64,000 nucleotides of DNA from Heptranchias perlo. Its lineage: Eukaryota. The notes beneath the pieces are model-generated. The model was not told where the DNA came from, searched no databases, and worked only from the letters and a program-made list of their open reading frames with translations. Positions within the stretch are counted from its first letter, which is position 1. Every line of letters begins with the position of its first letter. The translations under genes and the position numbers were made by a program. Below are positions 38,130-50,812 of the stretch, one piece after another. The stretch is from positions 120,776,001 to 120,840,000 of the forward strand of contig NC_090326.1 in assembly GCF_035084215.1 (NCBI RefSeq), written 5' to 3'.

Positions 38130-40847
38130 ATGCCCACCTTGAAGAAGTTCGGCTCTTCTTTCCGACAGGTTTTCTGTTTGTCTCTTTTATCTCGTTCACC
38201 TTCATTACTTTCTGTTTCCCTTCTTGTGTTTGATCAAGTATCTACTGAAACTCGCTTTCACAGCCACATCTCTCTCCAGAGCAACTGTCTCCGTCTCCGA
38301 CTTATTCCACGTGGATTCCAACTCAAATTCCACCCTTCATATTTTGGATCCACCCTTGATTACAGATATCTCCATGATATTCAGCGTTTCTCGAACCACT
38401 GCTCTCGCCGCTTCTTGAGATCCACGGTCAACACCATGCGCCGCCACATACACGCTCTCAACCTCTCTCTCCAGCAGCACCGACTCATTCTAGTTCAGAG
38501 CTGTCCTGATCCGCAGTTCCATTTCATCCTTCACCTCATCCGGCTCTTTAACAAAAAACTTTTCTTCTTCCTTTCAGGTGTCAAGGACTGCAAGCTTCAA
38601 CAACTCTTAGATACCAACGCCCCTCCTGATCCTTCTTCCCCTTCACTTTCCTCTCACCCCATCCTCCCTCCAATCTCACCCTTTGTCGTGTTTTCACTAT
38701 CCCCTCTGATCTTCCCCTCTCTGACCCCGATCAATCTGTCCTCAGCAAAGGCCTCAGCTTCATCCCCTTGCACTTCCACCTCAATGAATTTCAAGCTCGA
38801 CACTGAGCTCTTCTTCCGTCGCCTTCGCCTCCGCGCCCACTTCTTTGGCCAGGAGTCTTCCCCCCGCACAGTAGACCCTTTCTCCCGCCTTCGGAATTAT
38901 CGTTTCACCTGGACCCCTCCCTCTGGCCTCTTACCCTCTCTTGATCTTTTCACTGCAAACTGCTGGCGTGACAACAGCAATCTCATTTTCTCTACTCCCC
39001 TCACTCACTCTAACCTCCCTCCCGCTGAACTCGCAGCACTCCGTTCTCTCAGGTCCAACCCTGACACTGTCATGAAACCTGCTGACAAGGGCGGTGCTGT
39101 TGTTGTTCGGTGAACAGACCTCTACCTTGCGGAGCTGAAAGCCAACTCTCCGACACCTCCTCCTACCTCCCCCTGGACCATGACCCCATCGCCGAACATC
39201 AAGCCATAGTTTCCCAGACCGTCACTGACCTCATCTCCTCTGGAGATCTTCCCCTCACGGCTTCCAACCTCATAGTCCCCCAACCCCACACAGCCCTCTT
39301 CTACCTCCTTCCCAAGATCCACAAACAGGACTGCCCTAGGAGACCCATCGTTTCAGCCTGTTCTTGCCCCACGGAACTCATTTCTTCCTATCTCAACTCT
39401 ATTTTTTCTCCCCTTGTTCAGTCTCTTCCGACCTACATCCGCGGCTCTTCCGACGCCCTCCGCCGCTTTAACAGTTTTCAGTTCCCTGGCCCTAACCGTC
39501 TCCTTTTCACCATGGACGTCCAGTTCCTCTACATCTCCATCCCCCACCAAGATGGCCTGCGGGCCCTCCGCTTCTTCCTTGAACGGAGGCCCAACCGGTC
39601 CCCATCCACCACCATCCTTCTCCGCCTGGTTGAACTTGTTCTTACGTTGAACAACTTCTCCTTTGACTCCACTCACTTCCTCCAAACAAAAGGTGTTGCT
39701 ACGGGAATCCGTATTGTTCCTAGCTATGCCTACCTTTTTGTGGGATACGTGGAGCATTCCTTGTTCCAGTCCTACTCAGGTCCCCTCCCTCACCTCTTTT
39801 TCCGGTACATTGATGACTGTATCTGTGCTGTTCCCTGCTCTCGCTCCGAACTGGAAAATTTCATCAACTTTGCTTCCAATTTCCACCCTTCCCTCGCCTT
39901 CACGTGGTCCATCTCTAACCCTTCCCTTCCCTTCCTCGACTTCTGTATCTCCATTTCTGGGGATATGCTGTCAATCAGTATCTATTATAAGCCCACCAAC
40001 TCCCACAGCAACCTTGAATACACTTCCTCCCATCCTGCTTCCTGTAAGGACTCTATTCCCTTCTCCCAGTTTCTCCGTCTCTGTCGCATCTGTTCTGACG
40101 ATACCACCTTCCACACCAGTGCTTCCGATTCTGTCTTCCTTTTTCCTCAACTGAAGATTCCCCTCCACTGTAGTTGACAGGGCCCTTGACCATGTCCGTT
40201 CCATATCCCGCACTTCTGCCCTCACCCCTTGCCCTCCCTCCCAGGTGAAGACAAGTAGGGTCCCCCTTGTCTTCACCTTCCACCCCACCAGCCTCCACAT
40301 TCAATATATCATCCGTCGCCATTTCCACCACCTCCAGCGCGAAACAAAACACATCTTCCCCTCTCCTCTCCTTTCAGCATTCCAAAGGGACTGCTCCCTC
40401 CACTCTTCCATCACCCCCAACACCTGCTGTCCTCCCCATTGCACCTTCCCATGCAAAGCGCAGGAGTTGCAACACCTGCCCTTTCACCTCCTCCCTTCCC
40501 ACCATCCAGGGCCCCGAACACTCCTTCCAGGTGAAACAGTGATTTACTTGTACTTCTTTCAATTTAGTATACTGTATTCGCTGCTCACAATGCTCCTCTA
40601 CATTGAAGAGACCAAACGCAGATTGGGTGATCGCTTTGCTGAACACCTCCGCTCAGTCCAGAAGTGTGACCCTGACCTGCCGGTCGCTTGCCATTTTAAT
40701 TCCCTGACCCACTCCCTCTCTGACCTCGGCCTCTTACACTGTTCCAATGAAGCTCAATGGAAGGATGAGGAACAGCACCTCATCTTTTCGATTAGACACT
40801 TTACAACCTTCTGGACTCAACATTGATTTCAGTAACTTCAGATTATA
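38130..40847 (+). pseudogene. PLE polyprotein (RT + GIY-YIG endonuclease), frameshifted
   Basis: KPADKGGAVVV, FYLLPKIHK, RPIVS, LFTMDV, RYIDD, LPFLD, YYKPT; C-terminal NLVYCIRC...LYIEETKRRLGDRFAEH. Confidence 0.93.
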
Positions 40848-41122
40848 ACTACTGGTCCCATTTTTTCGGACAGCAGGTGTTGGTAATGGTTCTGATGTTG
40901 CCATTTACAGCTCCTCTAGACCTATCTTTTGTTTCTTTACTTGTTCCATTACCACTCTCCTTGCCTTGCACCATGATCCCTTTTATTATTTAATCACTCC
41001 TGCTCTGCACCATATCAGAGACTTTCCCTTTTATTCTTTCCTCCCATCCCCTTCTTCCTCCCCCCCACCTCTTTCCCTGGCTCTGTACTTGCTTAAAAAT
41101 TGTTTAATCTTCAACTTCTTCC

Positions 41123-41159
41123 AGTTCTGATGAAGGGTCATTGACCTGAAACGTTAACT
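41123..41159 (+). ncRNA. Minimal type I hammerhead ribozyme motif (family A)
   Basis: AGTT-CTGATGA-AGGGTC-ATT-GACCT-GAAA-CG-TT-AACT: helix I AGTT/AACT, intact core, palindromic AACGTT; related copies at ~37971-38003 (+), 6781-6817 (-), ~36960-36994 (-). Confidence 0.78.
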
Positions 41160-42392
41160 CTGTTTCTTTCTCCACAAATGCTGCCTGACTTACTGAGTAT
41201 TTCCAGCATTTTCTGTTTTTATCTCAGATTTCCAGCATCTGCAGTATTTTGCTTTTGAAAGAAATTTACAGGTTTGAGGTACAGACAAATACAATCACAA
41301 ATTCAATCATCACAAGAGAAAATGGGTGTTCTGTCAAAGTTTATATAACGTAGGGTTTTTCTGAACGTTTACGAAGTATTGAATTGAAAATTGAAAAAAT
41401 CTAGCAATCTGCTCTTATTCCTGGAGAACAATTTATATTGTGTGGAAACAAACATGTTCAAAGTATATTGCTGAAAAGAATACTTTTAGTTTGACGATAA
41501 AGGAGTATTCAGTGGAATACTAATTGGTTTTAATGGTTAATAACAGGTAAAAATGTAATGGTGGTGTGAGAATTATCAATGGAAGTTGTATTTTAATGTA
41601 TGTTACATTACAGGAATGGGGAGAGAATAGAAATACGGAGGGATATAGTGATGTGGCAACAGGCAGAAAGAGAAAGAGAGGGAAGGAAGAGCAATGAGGG
41701 TTGCATTCGTATGGCAGAGAGGGAGGGGAGCAGATAACCAAGAAAGGATTGCATATATACTCCACCGATGTCTCCATGAATAAGGTCTCCTCTAACCGTA
41801 TCACCACAAATAACAGATAGCCAAAAATTCTTTCCCAGATTATTTACTGCCAGATTTAGTTAAAAAAACTTCTCTCTAAATCATTCCGTATGGGATTACG
41901 TTACAACGCTTCTACTGCTGATTACGGTATGCTACTTCCAGTAATCACTGTTGCTCTGCAATGTATTAAGTGCAACTTTAATGGAACAGTGACAGATGAC
42001 TGAACCATCAGTTAGACAGTGTATTAGGGTGTAGATCTCTGTTTTGTGCTGTTTCAGTTATATTGGAAATAAGGTTTAATAACTTCCATTCACTTACACT
42101 GATACATTTACATAGTTTGTAATTTTATTAAGCAATTTTTGAAACAAAATATTCATTTTAATTATATTGAATGATTCATATAATTGAAAGAGAAAGCAAT
42201 ATTTCATAATTTGCACACAATGTAGAACATTTTTGCTAATTAACTGTTGCCAACCAAACCAGTTTCTACGTAAATGCATTTTAAAACTCAAAGCCTAGAA
42301 AATAGGAGCACCATAAATGTCAAACAGTGAGAGTGGTAGGAATTGCAATTCATAGGGTTTGTATCTTTTTAATTTTGAAAGAATAATTCCAA

Positions 42393-42889
42393 AGGTGAGG
42401 TGAGAGTGACTGCCCTTGAATTCAGGGCAACATTTGAGCGAGTGTGGCATCAAGGAGCCCGAGTAAAATTGAAGTCAATAGGAATCGGGGAGAAAACTCC
42501 ATTGGCTGAAGTCATACCTAGCACAAAAGAAGATGATAGTGGTTGAGATGCAGCAACTCGCCAAGGCTTCTTCGACATCTCCCAAACCTGTACCTTCTAC
42601 CACCAGAAGGACAAGGGCAGCAGGGGCTTGGTAACACCACCACCTGCACGTTCCCCTCCAAGTCACACACCATCCTGACTTGGAAATATATCGCCGTTCC
42701 TTCATCGTCGCTGGGTCAAAATCCTGGAACTCCCTTCCTAACAGCACTGTGGGAGAACCTTCACCACAAGGACTGCAGCAGCTCAAGAAGGCAGCTCACC
42801 GCCACCTTCTCAAGGGCAATTCGGGATGGGCAATAGATGCTGGCCTTGACAGTGACGCCCACATCCCATGAACGAATAAAGAAAAAATA
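42393..42889 (+). mobile_element. Internally deleted copy of the LINE family at 49258-50812
   Basis: 42393-42545 matches ~49630-49785 and is joined directly to the 3' part matching ~50465-50810. Confidence 0.8.
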
Positions 42890-44343
42890 AGTGGCTATCT
42901 ACTTTGAAGAAAATGGATTGCAAATGGATCATTAGATTCTTACACAAATTTTCAAATAAAAAATAAATAAAATATATTCACACTTTTGTATATTAAAAGC
43001 CAAATTAAAATAGTTGAAATCATTACAAAATTTTATTTGTATAAAAAGTCTATTGCAACTTTACTAATATTTTTTGATCAGATTCTGATAACAGAACTTC
43101 TATAGGTTTAGCCTTACAGGAACGTGTAATGTCAGGCACAGCGACACTTGAAGTTGTCAGCTCAATTGACCATCACACAACTCAACTCCAAGTGGCACTG
43201 ACGATTGATTTCCTAATACTGCCTAGAGGAGTCATCCTGCTCAGTTACTGGGGCCAGCATTGCAGCATTATACTCTGCAATTTGACAGTATCAATGTAAA
43301 GATGGTAATGCACAGAGTGCACAAAGAGTATCTCATTTTCAGTGCCATTTCATCATACTGATGACTTGATAGGTCTCCTGCTATTACTCAGGCACATCTT
43401 ATGATTGACAAGTTGGAGAGCACCTTCTTTTGTACCCTCACAGGTGCTGAACACTTACAGAAAGATGAGCAGCTTGCATCTCCAGAGAGAACCTTGCTCT
43501 ACCTGATTCACCCATTCCATTATAGTACCTTACTTATTGAACCACCAGCCCAGATACACTCACTCAGGAGAGAGCACTAACTGAGACAGAGGGGATATCA
43601 CTTGGTGAACCACAGAGCACCACTGAACCGGAAGAGCTTGGAGGGAATGATGAGGATACAGCTGTCTCTCCCCAGAGGGGACAGAAATAACTGCTGTTGG
43701 CTAAGAAACCCAAGGACCAAGATCTCAGAGGTCCAGTCTTTAAAAGATTTGTGAATTGGGAGCATAGATCTCATGTACAGGCAGTGGAGACAGTTTCCTC
43801 TCATGTTGCAGATAGTGAAAAATTTGGAGCAATCCACAAACGGCATCTACGATACAATGCAGGAGGTATGACATGATGTGAGGACCACCCTGATGACTGT
43901 GGCAGCCCAGGAGATCAATGCAGCCTCAAGACATCAGGAAGAGGTTCTAAGCCGAATTGTGACTTCTGCAGTGGCAGCAATGACTGCTTCCAGAGATTGT
44001 CTGAAGAGCACCCCAGCGCAGGGCTTTCAGGAATTAATTGGGGCTATTTGACCTGCTCTCACACAGACCATTAGCCCAACTGAGCCCATGCCCAGCACGA
44101 GTGGGCTGCAAGGAATGGGTGCAGATGTCCCTGCTTCTCGTGTTATTGTCTATAGGAGAAAACGCAGCCTTCTCAGATACAGCATATTGGGAAAATCTAG
44201 ATAGGTCCTTCCACCCCCCCCACCCCCATCGTGCCTGTTAACCCTGTGGTGCAATGCCTGCAGGTTGGATATGCTGCTGCATTCTCCTGGCTTCCATCTT
44301 TTCCTCCTCCATGTCCCCATCATCCTCTTCCTCAAAGCACAGG

Positions 44344-44514
44344 CTTTCGGAGGCTTCCTCCTTCCTCAGGTGAATGTCAAGAAATGACATTCACCTGAGG
44401 AAGGAGGAAGTCTCCGAAAGCTTGTGAATTTTAAAATAAAATTGTTGGACTATAACTTGGTGTTGTAAAATTGTTTACAATTGTCAACTCCAGTCCATCA
44501 CCGGCATCTCCACA
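44344..44514. mobile_element. Second palindromic mini PLE insertion (family B) with hammerhead at 44389-44429
   Basis: 37-bp arms (44343-44379 / 44385-44421); core CTGAGGA...GAAAGCTT; 12-bp direct repeat tcaaagcacagg at 44332-44343 and 44515-44526. Confidence 0.85.
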
Positions 44515-45147
44515 TCAAAGCACAGGGACACTGAATCCCCAGAGGGAGATCTAATTTCATTACACACAGTTGCCTTTAAATTTTTAGCAAGTTTCGCAGA
44601 ATATCTTTTAAATGCTCAGAAACTATTGTTTTAAAGTCGTGAAAGTGACTGCCAGCCCAAACAATGTTGCAGAATCACACCCGACCGCATTTGCATGCCT
44701 CGACACAGTCTCCCGCCTGAAACCGGTGGGAGTGATATTCACACCGGCGGGCAGGAGTGGAAATTCACTGGGGCGTCAGGTCGCCACCGGAGTTTTATGG
44801 AAATGGTTCCTGGCCCAGGGGGCGGGGAGGGCCAAGGTACCCTCCTGCTCCTCATAGCCCACAAGGAACCTGTAAAAAGAACCCATCCAAAGCAGGTGGG
44901 AGCAGGAGTATTCCTGCTGGCCCCACAAAGATACCAGACCCAACTAGAAACTTGAGTGAGATCAGATTTCTGTCTGATCTAGTACTCCATTTTGGGGTCA
45001 TAACGGAAAAAAAAAATTACCTTTACCTTTATCAGTGTGACTATAGAAAGTAACAGCATCTGCCACCCACAGAATGGAATGGAGGAATGTTTGTCTCACT
45101 GTACATGGGTGTCATCATTACATTTTTACAGGAATGGCTGAAACATT

Positions 45148-45896
45148 GGGCCAAATCTTCCTTGAAAAATATCGGCAAGTTCATGATGCGTACCGTTATT
45201 AATGCGCAAATCGTCCAGCAAGTTCAGGGGAAGAGAGACACCGAGCGTTGTGAATCCCCAGAACTTGCTAGTCAATTTACGCCACTCTACCATTTGCCTC
45301 ACACAAACAGCATCTCGCCCTTCGCCTCCCCGGTATTTTTAAGAACTTGCTGGATTTGTACCTTAATTGCCTATTAAACTCACCACAGAAAGTTAGGCTT
45401 TATAATTTACAGCGTAAGTACGCTTTTAATGATGTGATAATTGTTAATACAATGCAAATCAATCTCTCCGGTCCAGAAAGGGAACAATTTAAACTGTTGA
45501 GTCTCATGTAGTAAATCCTTCTCAGAAATTTAATAATGTTTAAATTTTTACATTTGTTTCTTACATTTCCTTTCTGTCACTTTTTAAAAATCTTTATTAA
45601 TCCAATCTTTCTTTCCCTTTATTTCTCTTTCTGTACCTGATTTGACTCTAATTCACACTCCTTCTCCGTCATTCCTCTGTTTCTTTCTCAATCCTTAAAT
45701 CTCGTTGGTTGAGGAGATACACTGTTGATCCCGTCATTCACTAAGGTCCCAGATGCCCTGTTACCCTCACCGTGCCATTATTAGCTCCCACTTCCAGCAA
45801 GTTACGGCACAAATTATATTCGAGCTGAAGAGTGCAGGAATAAGTCTAACTAATGGCACACACCATGGGATGTCGCGTTGCAGCAAGATTGGGCCC
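45148..45896 (-). mobile_element. Complete non-autonomous Harbinger-like MITE (749 bp)
   Basis: TIR gggccaaatctt / aagattgggccc; ATT TSD on both sides; reverse-complement homology to 54204-54660. Confidence 0.8.
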
Positions 45897-46889
45897 ATTA
45901 CTGTGCCGGAAATAGACTAAACTGCAGAATTGGTGAATTAACCATAGATGTTCAAGCTCAAGGGTGATAGTTCCTTAGGATTTTAACTCCCAGTCTGAGG
46001 TTGTAAGTCAAAACTGGGCATCTAGGCATTGAAGACATCCAGATGAAAAGTACAGTGAAACTCCGTCTTACATTTGTAAGGTTTGCAGATTTTTCCGAGA
46101 CACTTTCAAAAGCATCTACCTAGTGATTTTGGTCTTGAGCTTCCCTGGTTCATGAAGTGAGCTGCTGCAGTTCAACATCGCTGCCAAAGTCAGGTATATA
46201 AAGGAAATCAGCAGTCACGCTGTGATATCTCTCTTGTTATGAAACATAGGTTCACGAAAGTGAGTAGGAAAGAAGCTATGGACAGGTAAAATGATACGCC
46301 ACAGCTGGGACAATTTTTATTTTATTCATCATTTGTTTATCGGGCCTTTTGCCTTGCCGGCCGCGGTCCAAATGTGAGTCCCGGGGAGGGGTGGTGGTGG
46401 AGTGGCAAATGGGGAGCGGGAGGGGGGTGGGGGTCACTGGGATACTGTGGTGTCAGGCTGCATACCTGCTCCTCCTGGCTCCAAAGCAACATTTTTTTAC
46501 AAATTTAAAAAGAAACATACCATTTGTTGGCGGCCATTGCTTAAGACGCTGTGGTCACTGAAGAATGTGATATCCAATTTCCCAGAGGGGGCCTGAAATA
46601 GGTGTTCGGCCCCTCATTTAATGTGTAAGGGCCCTCGTGGTTGTTTTAAGGGGCCACCAGGGGTGCCTGAAAAATGGCTTGATCAAATATCGTGTCGGAT
46701 ATGTTTCAAGTGTCCCCTGGTTACAGGATGTTGGTACTCAAAATTGGCCCCCGTTGCGCTCATTTTACGCCCATAAAACAGGTGCAACACACTCCAGTTT
46801 CTAACCCAGGCACTCAAGATTTGTTCAGTTTAGGAATTACATTGTACTGTCTTTGGTTGTAGGGCCAATCTGTTCCAAGAACATTTTTC

Positions 46890-47254
46890 CTTATTCATTC
46901 TCAGGATGTGGGCATAACTAGTTGCTCAGTACAATTGAATAGCTTGCTAGGCCACTTCAGAGGGCAGTTAAGGGACAACCACATTGGTTTGGGACTGGAG
47001 TCACATACAGACTAGACAGGATAAGGACAGCAGGTTTCCTTTCTTAAAGGACATTAGTGAACCAGTTGGGTTTTTATGACAGTCTAATAGCTTCATAGTC
47101 AATTTTTAAATTTTTTATCAACATTTATTTTTTAAAACTGAATTCAAATTCTCAAACTTCTACGGTGGGATTTGAACCCATGTTCTTACCTGGATTATTA
47201 ATCCAGGCCTCTGGATTATGAGTCCAGTAACATAACCACTACACTACTGTACCC
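46890..47254 (-). mobile_element. tRNA-derived SINE sharing its 3' tail with the LINE at 49258-50812
   Basis: Minus head tagtgtagtggtta (A box) and ggttcaaatccc (B box); tail gcccacatcctgagaatgaataa. Confidence 0.75.
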
Positions 47255-47360
47255 TTCCATCGATGTCATGTTGTACAGCTGAGGAGAAAGCATTTTTATG
47301 TTCAATATCTTGACAGTCTTTTTACAGACCGCACTCTAAAATGTCATATAAGAAGCTTTG

Positions 47361-47616
47361 GTACTATGTAGTACCCTCCGGTACGGTGTAGTACCCTCCG
47401 GTATGGTGTAGTACACTCTGGTGCTGTGTAGTATCCTCCGGTGCTGTGTAGTACCCTCCGGTCTGGTGTAGTACCCTCCGGTACGGTGTAGTACACTCCG
47501 GTACGGTGTAGTTCCGTCTGGTACTGTAGTATCCTCTGGTACTGTGTAGCATCTTCTGGTACTGTGTAGCATCTTCTGGTACGGTGTAGTATCCTCTGGT
47601 ACGGTGTAGTATCCTC
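47361..47616. repeat. 20-bp minisatellite, ~13 copies (gtacggtgtagtaccctccg)
   Basis: Direct head-to-tail units, one of 18 bp; no spacers. Confidence 0.95.
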
Positions 47617-49257
47617 CTCCAAAGTTATTCCTACTGGCACTTTGGTCATGAGGGTGTCTGCGAACACAGGAAAATTCAACCTTGTTCCAACTAGTACTCA
47701 TATTGCTCATTGAATTTGCTCCAGTTCACATACATGAGCCATAAGTATCATTGGAAATTTTCAATGTTGCCTTCAGTTTTCCATGCTGGGAGTTTCTTGG
47801 CTGAAGCATCGATTTGAACCAACCTTCCAGTTCAAGGAAGTACTCAGATATCCCCCCTCCCCAACCATAAAATCTTTCACAATAGAATGATTTGCCATTG
47901 TGTCAACAACTGGGGAGGGGCTGACCTCCATACAGCTGTCTTAACATCCTATGCAAGCTGTGCTATGAACCTAAATTACCAGTCATTGCAGCCTATTCTT
48001 GATGGAAAACACAAAAGCAAATGCACCCCCCCACCCCCCCCCCCCCCAACCGTGGCAAGGTCCATGAAAGGGGTCTTGGAGATCAGGCCTTCTGCATGTT
48101 TTTCAATAACATTGTTGTGTTCTTAATTTTCTTCTCCAGAAATTTAGTATATTTCTGTTGAGTGTATGTCACCTTATGGCTTTAAATTTCTTGTGCTTAG
48201 GTATACTCTTATCCTTAGCTGTAGCACAAAAGGGTAAATTCAGTGATCCTACATTCCCAGCGGAGAGCCATGATTGAAAGGAGCTACAACATTTTAGTCC
48301 CAATTCTCTTACTTACAACCTCTTCGATCATGACTCCCCGCTGAAAGCAGGGAGTTACTGGATTTGCTCAATTGAGTCACTGAGCTGCACTGTTCTGATA
48401 GGAGAGTAAAATAAGTGAGACGTTGCAATTGTTAAGATGGCATGCATTGAGACATAAGTGTTAGCATCCAGGCATTAGTGCATGTGATGATATTTGCATA
48501 CAACAATCAGGTACATTAGAGGATAGAATTCTTTCGGGCTAATTGCTTGTAAGGATATGAGTGACGGAACATTTTCTTGGCTTGGGGTGTGAAGGTCTTA
48601 TGGTAAGATTGGAAAGTAATTTAAGACATTGTGACAGGGGGGTAACTAGGCTCCACATACGCTTTATGCAATATTAATGTAAGATTATGGTAGGGCTTCT
48701 GTGTACTACTTCTATGTGTGACATTAACACTGGCTGTTTTCTGTGGGGTCCTTCAGCACTCACTGTGCAGGAGGGAATCCCTTCTAGCCTCACTTTCTCA
48801 AGGAGAATTGCTATGGCTCTCTGGAGAACTAGACCGACCTGTAGCCGACTCCACTCTTTTCGGGCATTATTTCACCAGAAGTATCATTGCTTCACAAATT
48901 GTTCCAGTCTTGATGCCTGCCTTCTAAGCTGCTGCAGGACTTTAAATCCTCCAGCAGCACTCAATTTTGCAACTCTTCATCAGGGAAGCTGCCAATCAGA
49001 GGCTTACCCATCATACTTAAAATAGGCTGCGAGTGGAAATCTGTCTTTTCTACAACAATTCTGAGTGAAGTCATCAAATTCTCTCATTTTTGGCACTGCT
49101 GAGGTTCCATTTTGAAGATATGTGAAGGATAAACTAATGAAAAAGAAAGTAACTTACCTACTTCAGTAAAATCTTTCTCACTTTTTGAATGTAAATTATC
49201 TTTCACATAAGAAAGCTTTTGAATGAGAAAATGCCATCTACAGTCTACCCTTTCATA

Positions 49258-50812
49258 CAGCAAAGGCTATGGGCCCCGACAACATCCCGGATGTAGTGCT
49301 GAAGTCTTGTGCTCCAGAACTAGCTGCGCCTCTAGCCAAGCTGTTTCAGTACAGCTACAACACTGGCATCTACCCAACAATGTGGAAAATTGCCCAGGTA
49401 TGTCCTGTCCACAAAAAGCAGGACAAATCCAATCCGGCCAATTACCACCCATCAGTCTACTCTCAATCATCAGCAAAGTGATGGAAGGTGTCGTCGACAG
49501 TGCTATCAAGCGGCACTTACCCACCAATAGCCTGCTCACCGATGCTCAGTTTGGGTTCCGCCAGGACCACTCAGCTCCAGACCTCTTTACAGCCTTGGTC
49601 CAAACATGGGCAAAAGAGCTGAATTCTAGAGGTGAGGTGAGAGTGACTGCCCTTGACATGAAGGCAGCATTTGATCAAGTTTGGCACCAAGGAGCCCTAG
49701 TAAAATTGAAGTTAATGGGAATCAGGGGTAAAACTCTCCAGTGGCTGGAGTCATACCTAGCACAAAGGAAGATGGTAGTGGTTGTTGGAGGCCAATCATC
49801 TCAGCCCCAGGACATTGCTGCAGGAGTTGCTTAGGGCAGTGTCCTAGGCCCAGCCATCTTCAGCTGCTTCATCAATGACCTTCCCTCCATCATAAGGTCA
49901 GAAATGGGGATGTTCACTGATGATTGCAGTGTTCAGTTCCATTCGCAAAGCCTCAAATAATGAAGCAGTCCGAGCCCGCATGCAGCAAGACCTGGACATC
50001 ATCCAGGCTTGGGCTCAGAAGTGGCAAGTAACACTTGCATCAGACAAGTGCCAGGCAATGACCATCTCCAACAAGAGAGAGTCTAACCACCTCCCCTTGA
50101 CATTCAACGGCATTACCATCGCCGAATCCCCCACCATCAACATCCTGGGGGGTCACCATTGACCAGAAACTTAACTGGACCATATAAATACTGTGGCTAC
50201 AAGAGCAGGTCAGAGGCTGGGTATTCTGCGGCGAGTGACTCACCTCCTGACTCCTCAAAGCCTTTCTACCATCTACAAGGCACAAGTCAGGAGTGTGATG
50301 GAATACTCTCCACTTGCCTGGATGAGTCCAGCTCCAACAACACCCAAGAAGCACGACACCATCCAGGACAAAGCAGCCCGCTTCATTGGCACCCCATCCA
50401 CCACACTAAACATTCACTCCCTTCACCACCGGCGCACTGTGGCTGCAGTGTGTACCATCCACAGGATGCAGTGCAGCAACTCGCCAAGGCTTCTTCGACA
50501 GCACCTCCCAAACCCGCGAGCTCTACCATCTAGAAGGACAAGAGCAGCAGGCACATGGTAACAACACCACCTACACGTTCCCCTCCAAGTCACACACCAT
50601 CCCGACTTGGAAATATATCGCCGTTCCTCCATCGTCGCTGGGTCAAAATCCTGGAACTCCCTTCCTAACAGCACTGTGGGAGAACCTTCACCACACGGAC
50701 TGCAGCGGTTCAGGAAGGCGGCTCACCACCACCTTCTCAAAGGCAATGAGGGATGGGCAATAAATGCCGGCCTCACCACCGATGCCCACATCCCATGAAC
50801 GATTAAAAAAAA
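49258..50812 (+). mobile_element. 5'-truncated non-LTR LINE (CR1-group RT), second family
   Basis: GPDNIP, WKIAQVCPVHKK, QFGFR, ALDMKAAFDQVWH, VRSVMEYSPLAW; ends gcccacatcccatgaacgatt(a)n. Confidence 0.9.

Larger units (their letters stand above)
36893..41257 (+). mobile_element. Near-full-length Penelope-like retroelement (family A) with a 1.08-kb inverted 5' arm
   Basis: Inverted arm 36893-~37970; partial 5' repeat ~37971-38101; ORF; 3' repeat to 41257; 12-bp TSD aaagaaatttac at 36881-36892 and 41258-41269. Confidence 0.93.

Noticed and set aside
43450-44330. Possible further decayed Harbinger (Myb 3' part and acidic transposase tail)
   Set aside because: Composition is suggestive, but no diagnostic motif or termini could be confirmed.
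47160-47254. tRNA genes here and at 61546-61615
   Set aside because: A/B boxes are present but there is no convincing cloverleaf, and both continue into SINE bodies or LINE-type tails.
47336-47710. CRISPR-like array, or repeat protein ORFs in three minus frames
   Set aside because: Units are contiguous with no unique spacers, there are no cas genes, and the context is eukaryotic; the ORFs arise from a stop-poor repeat strand.
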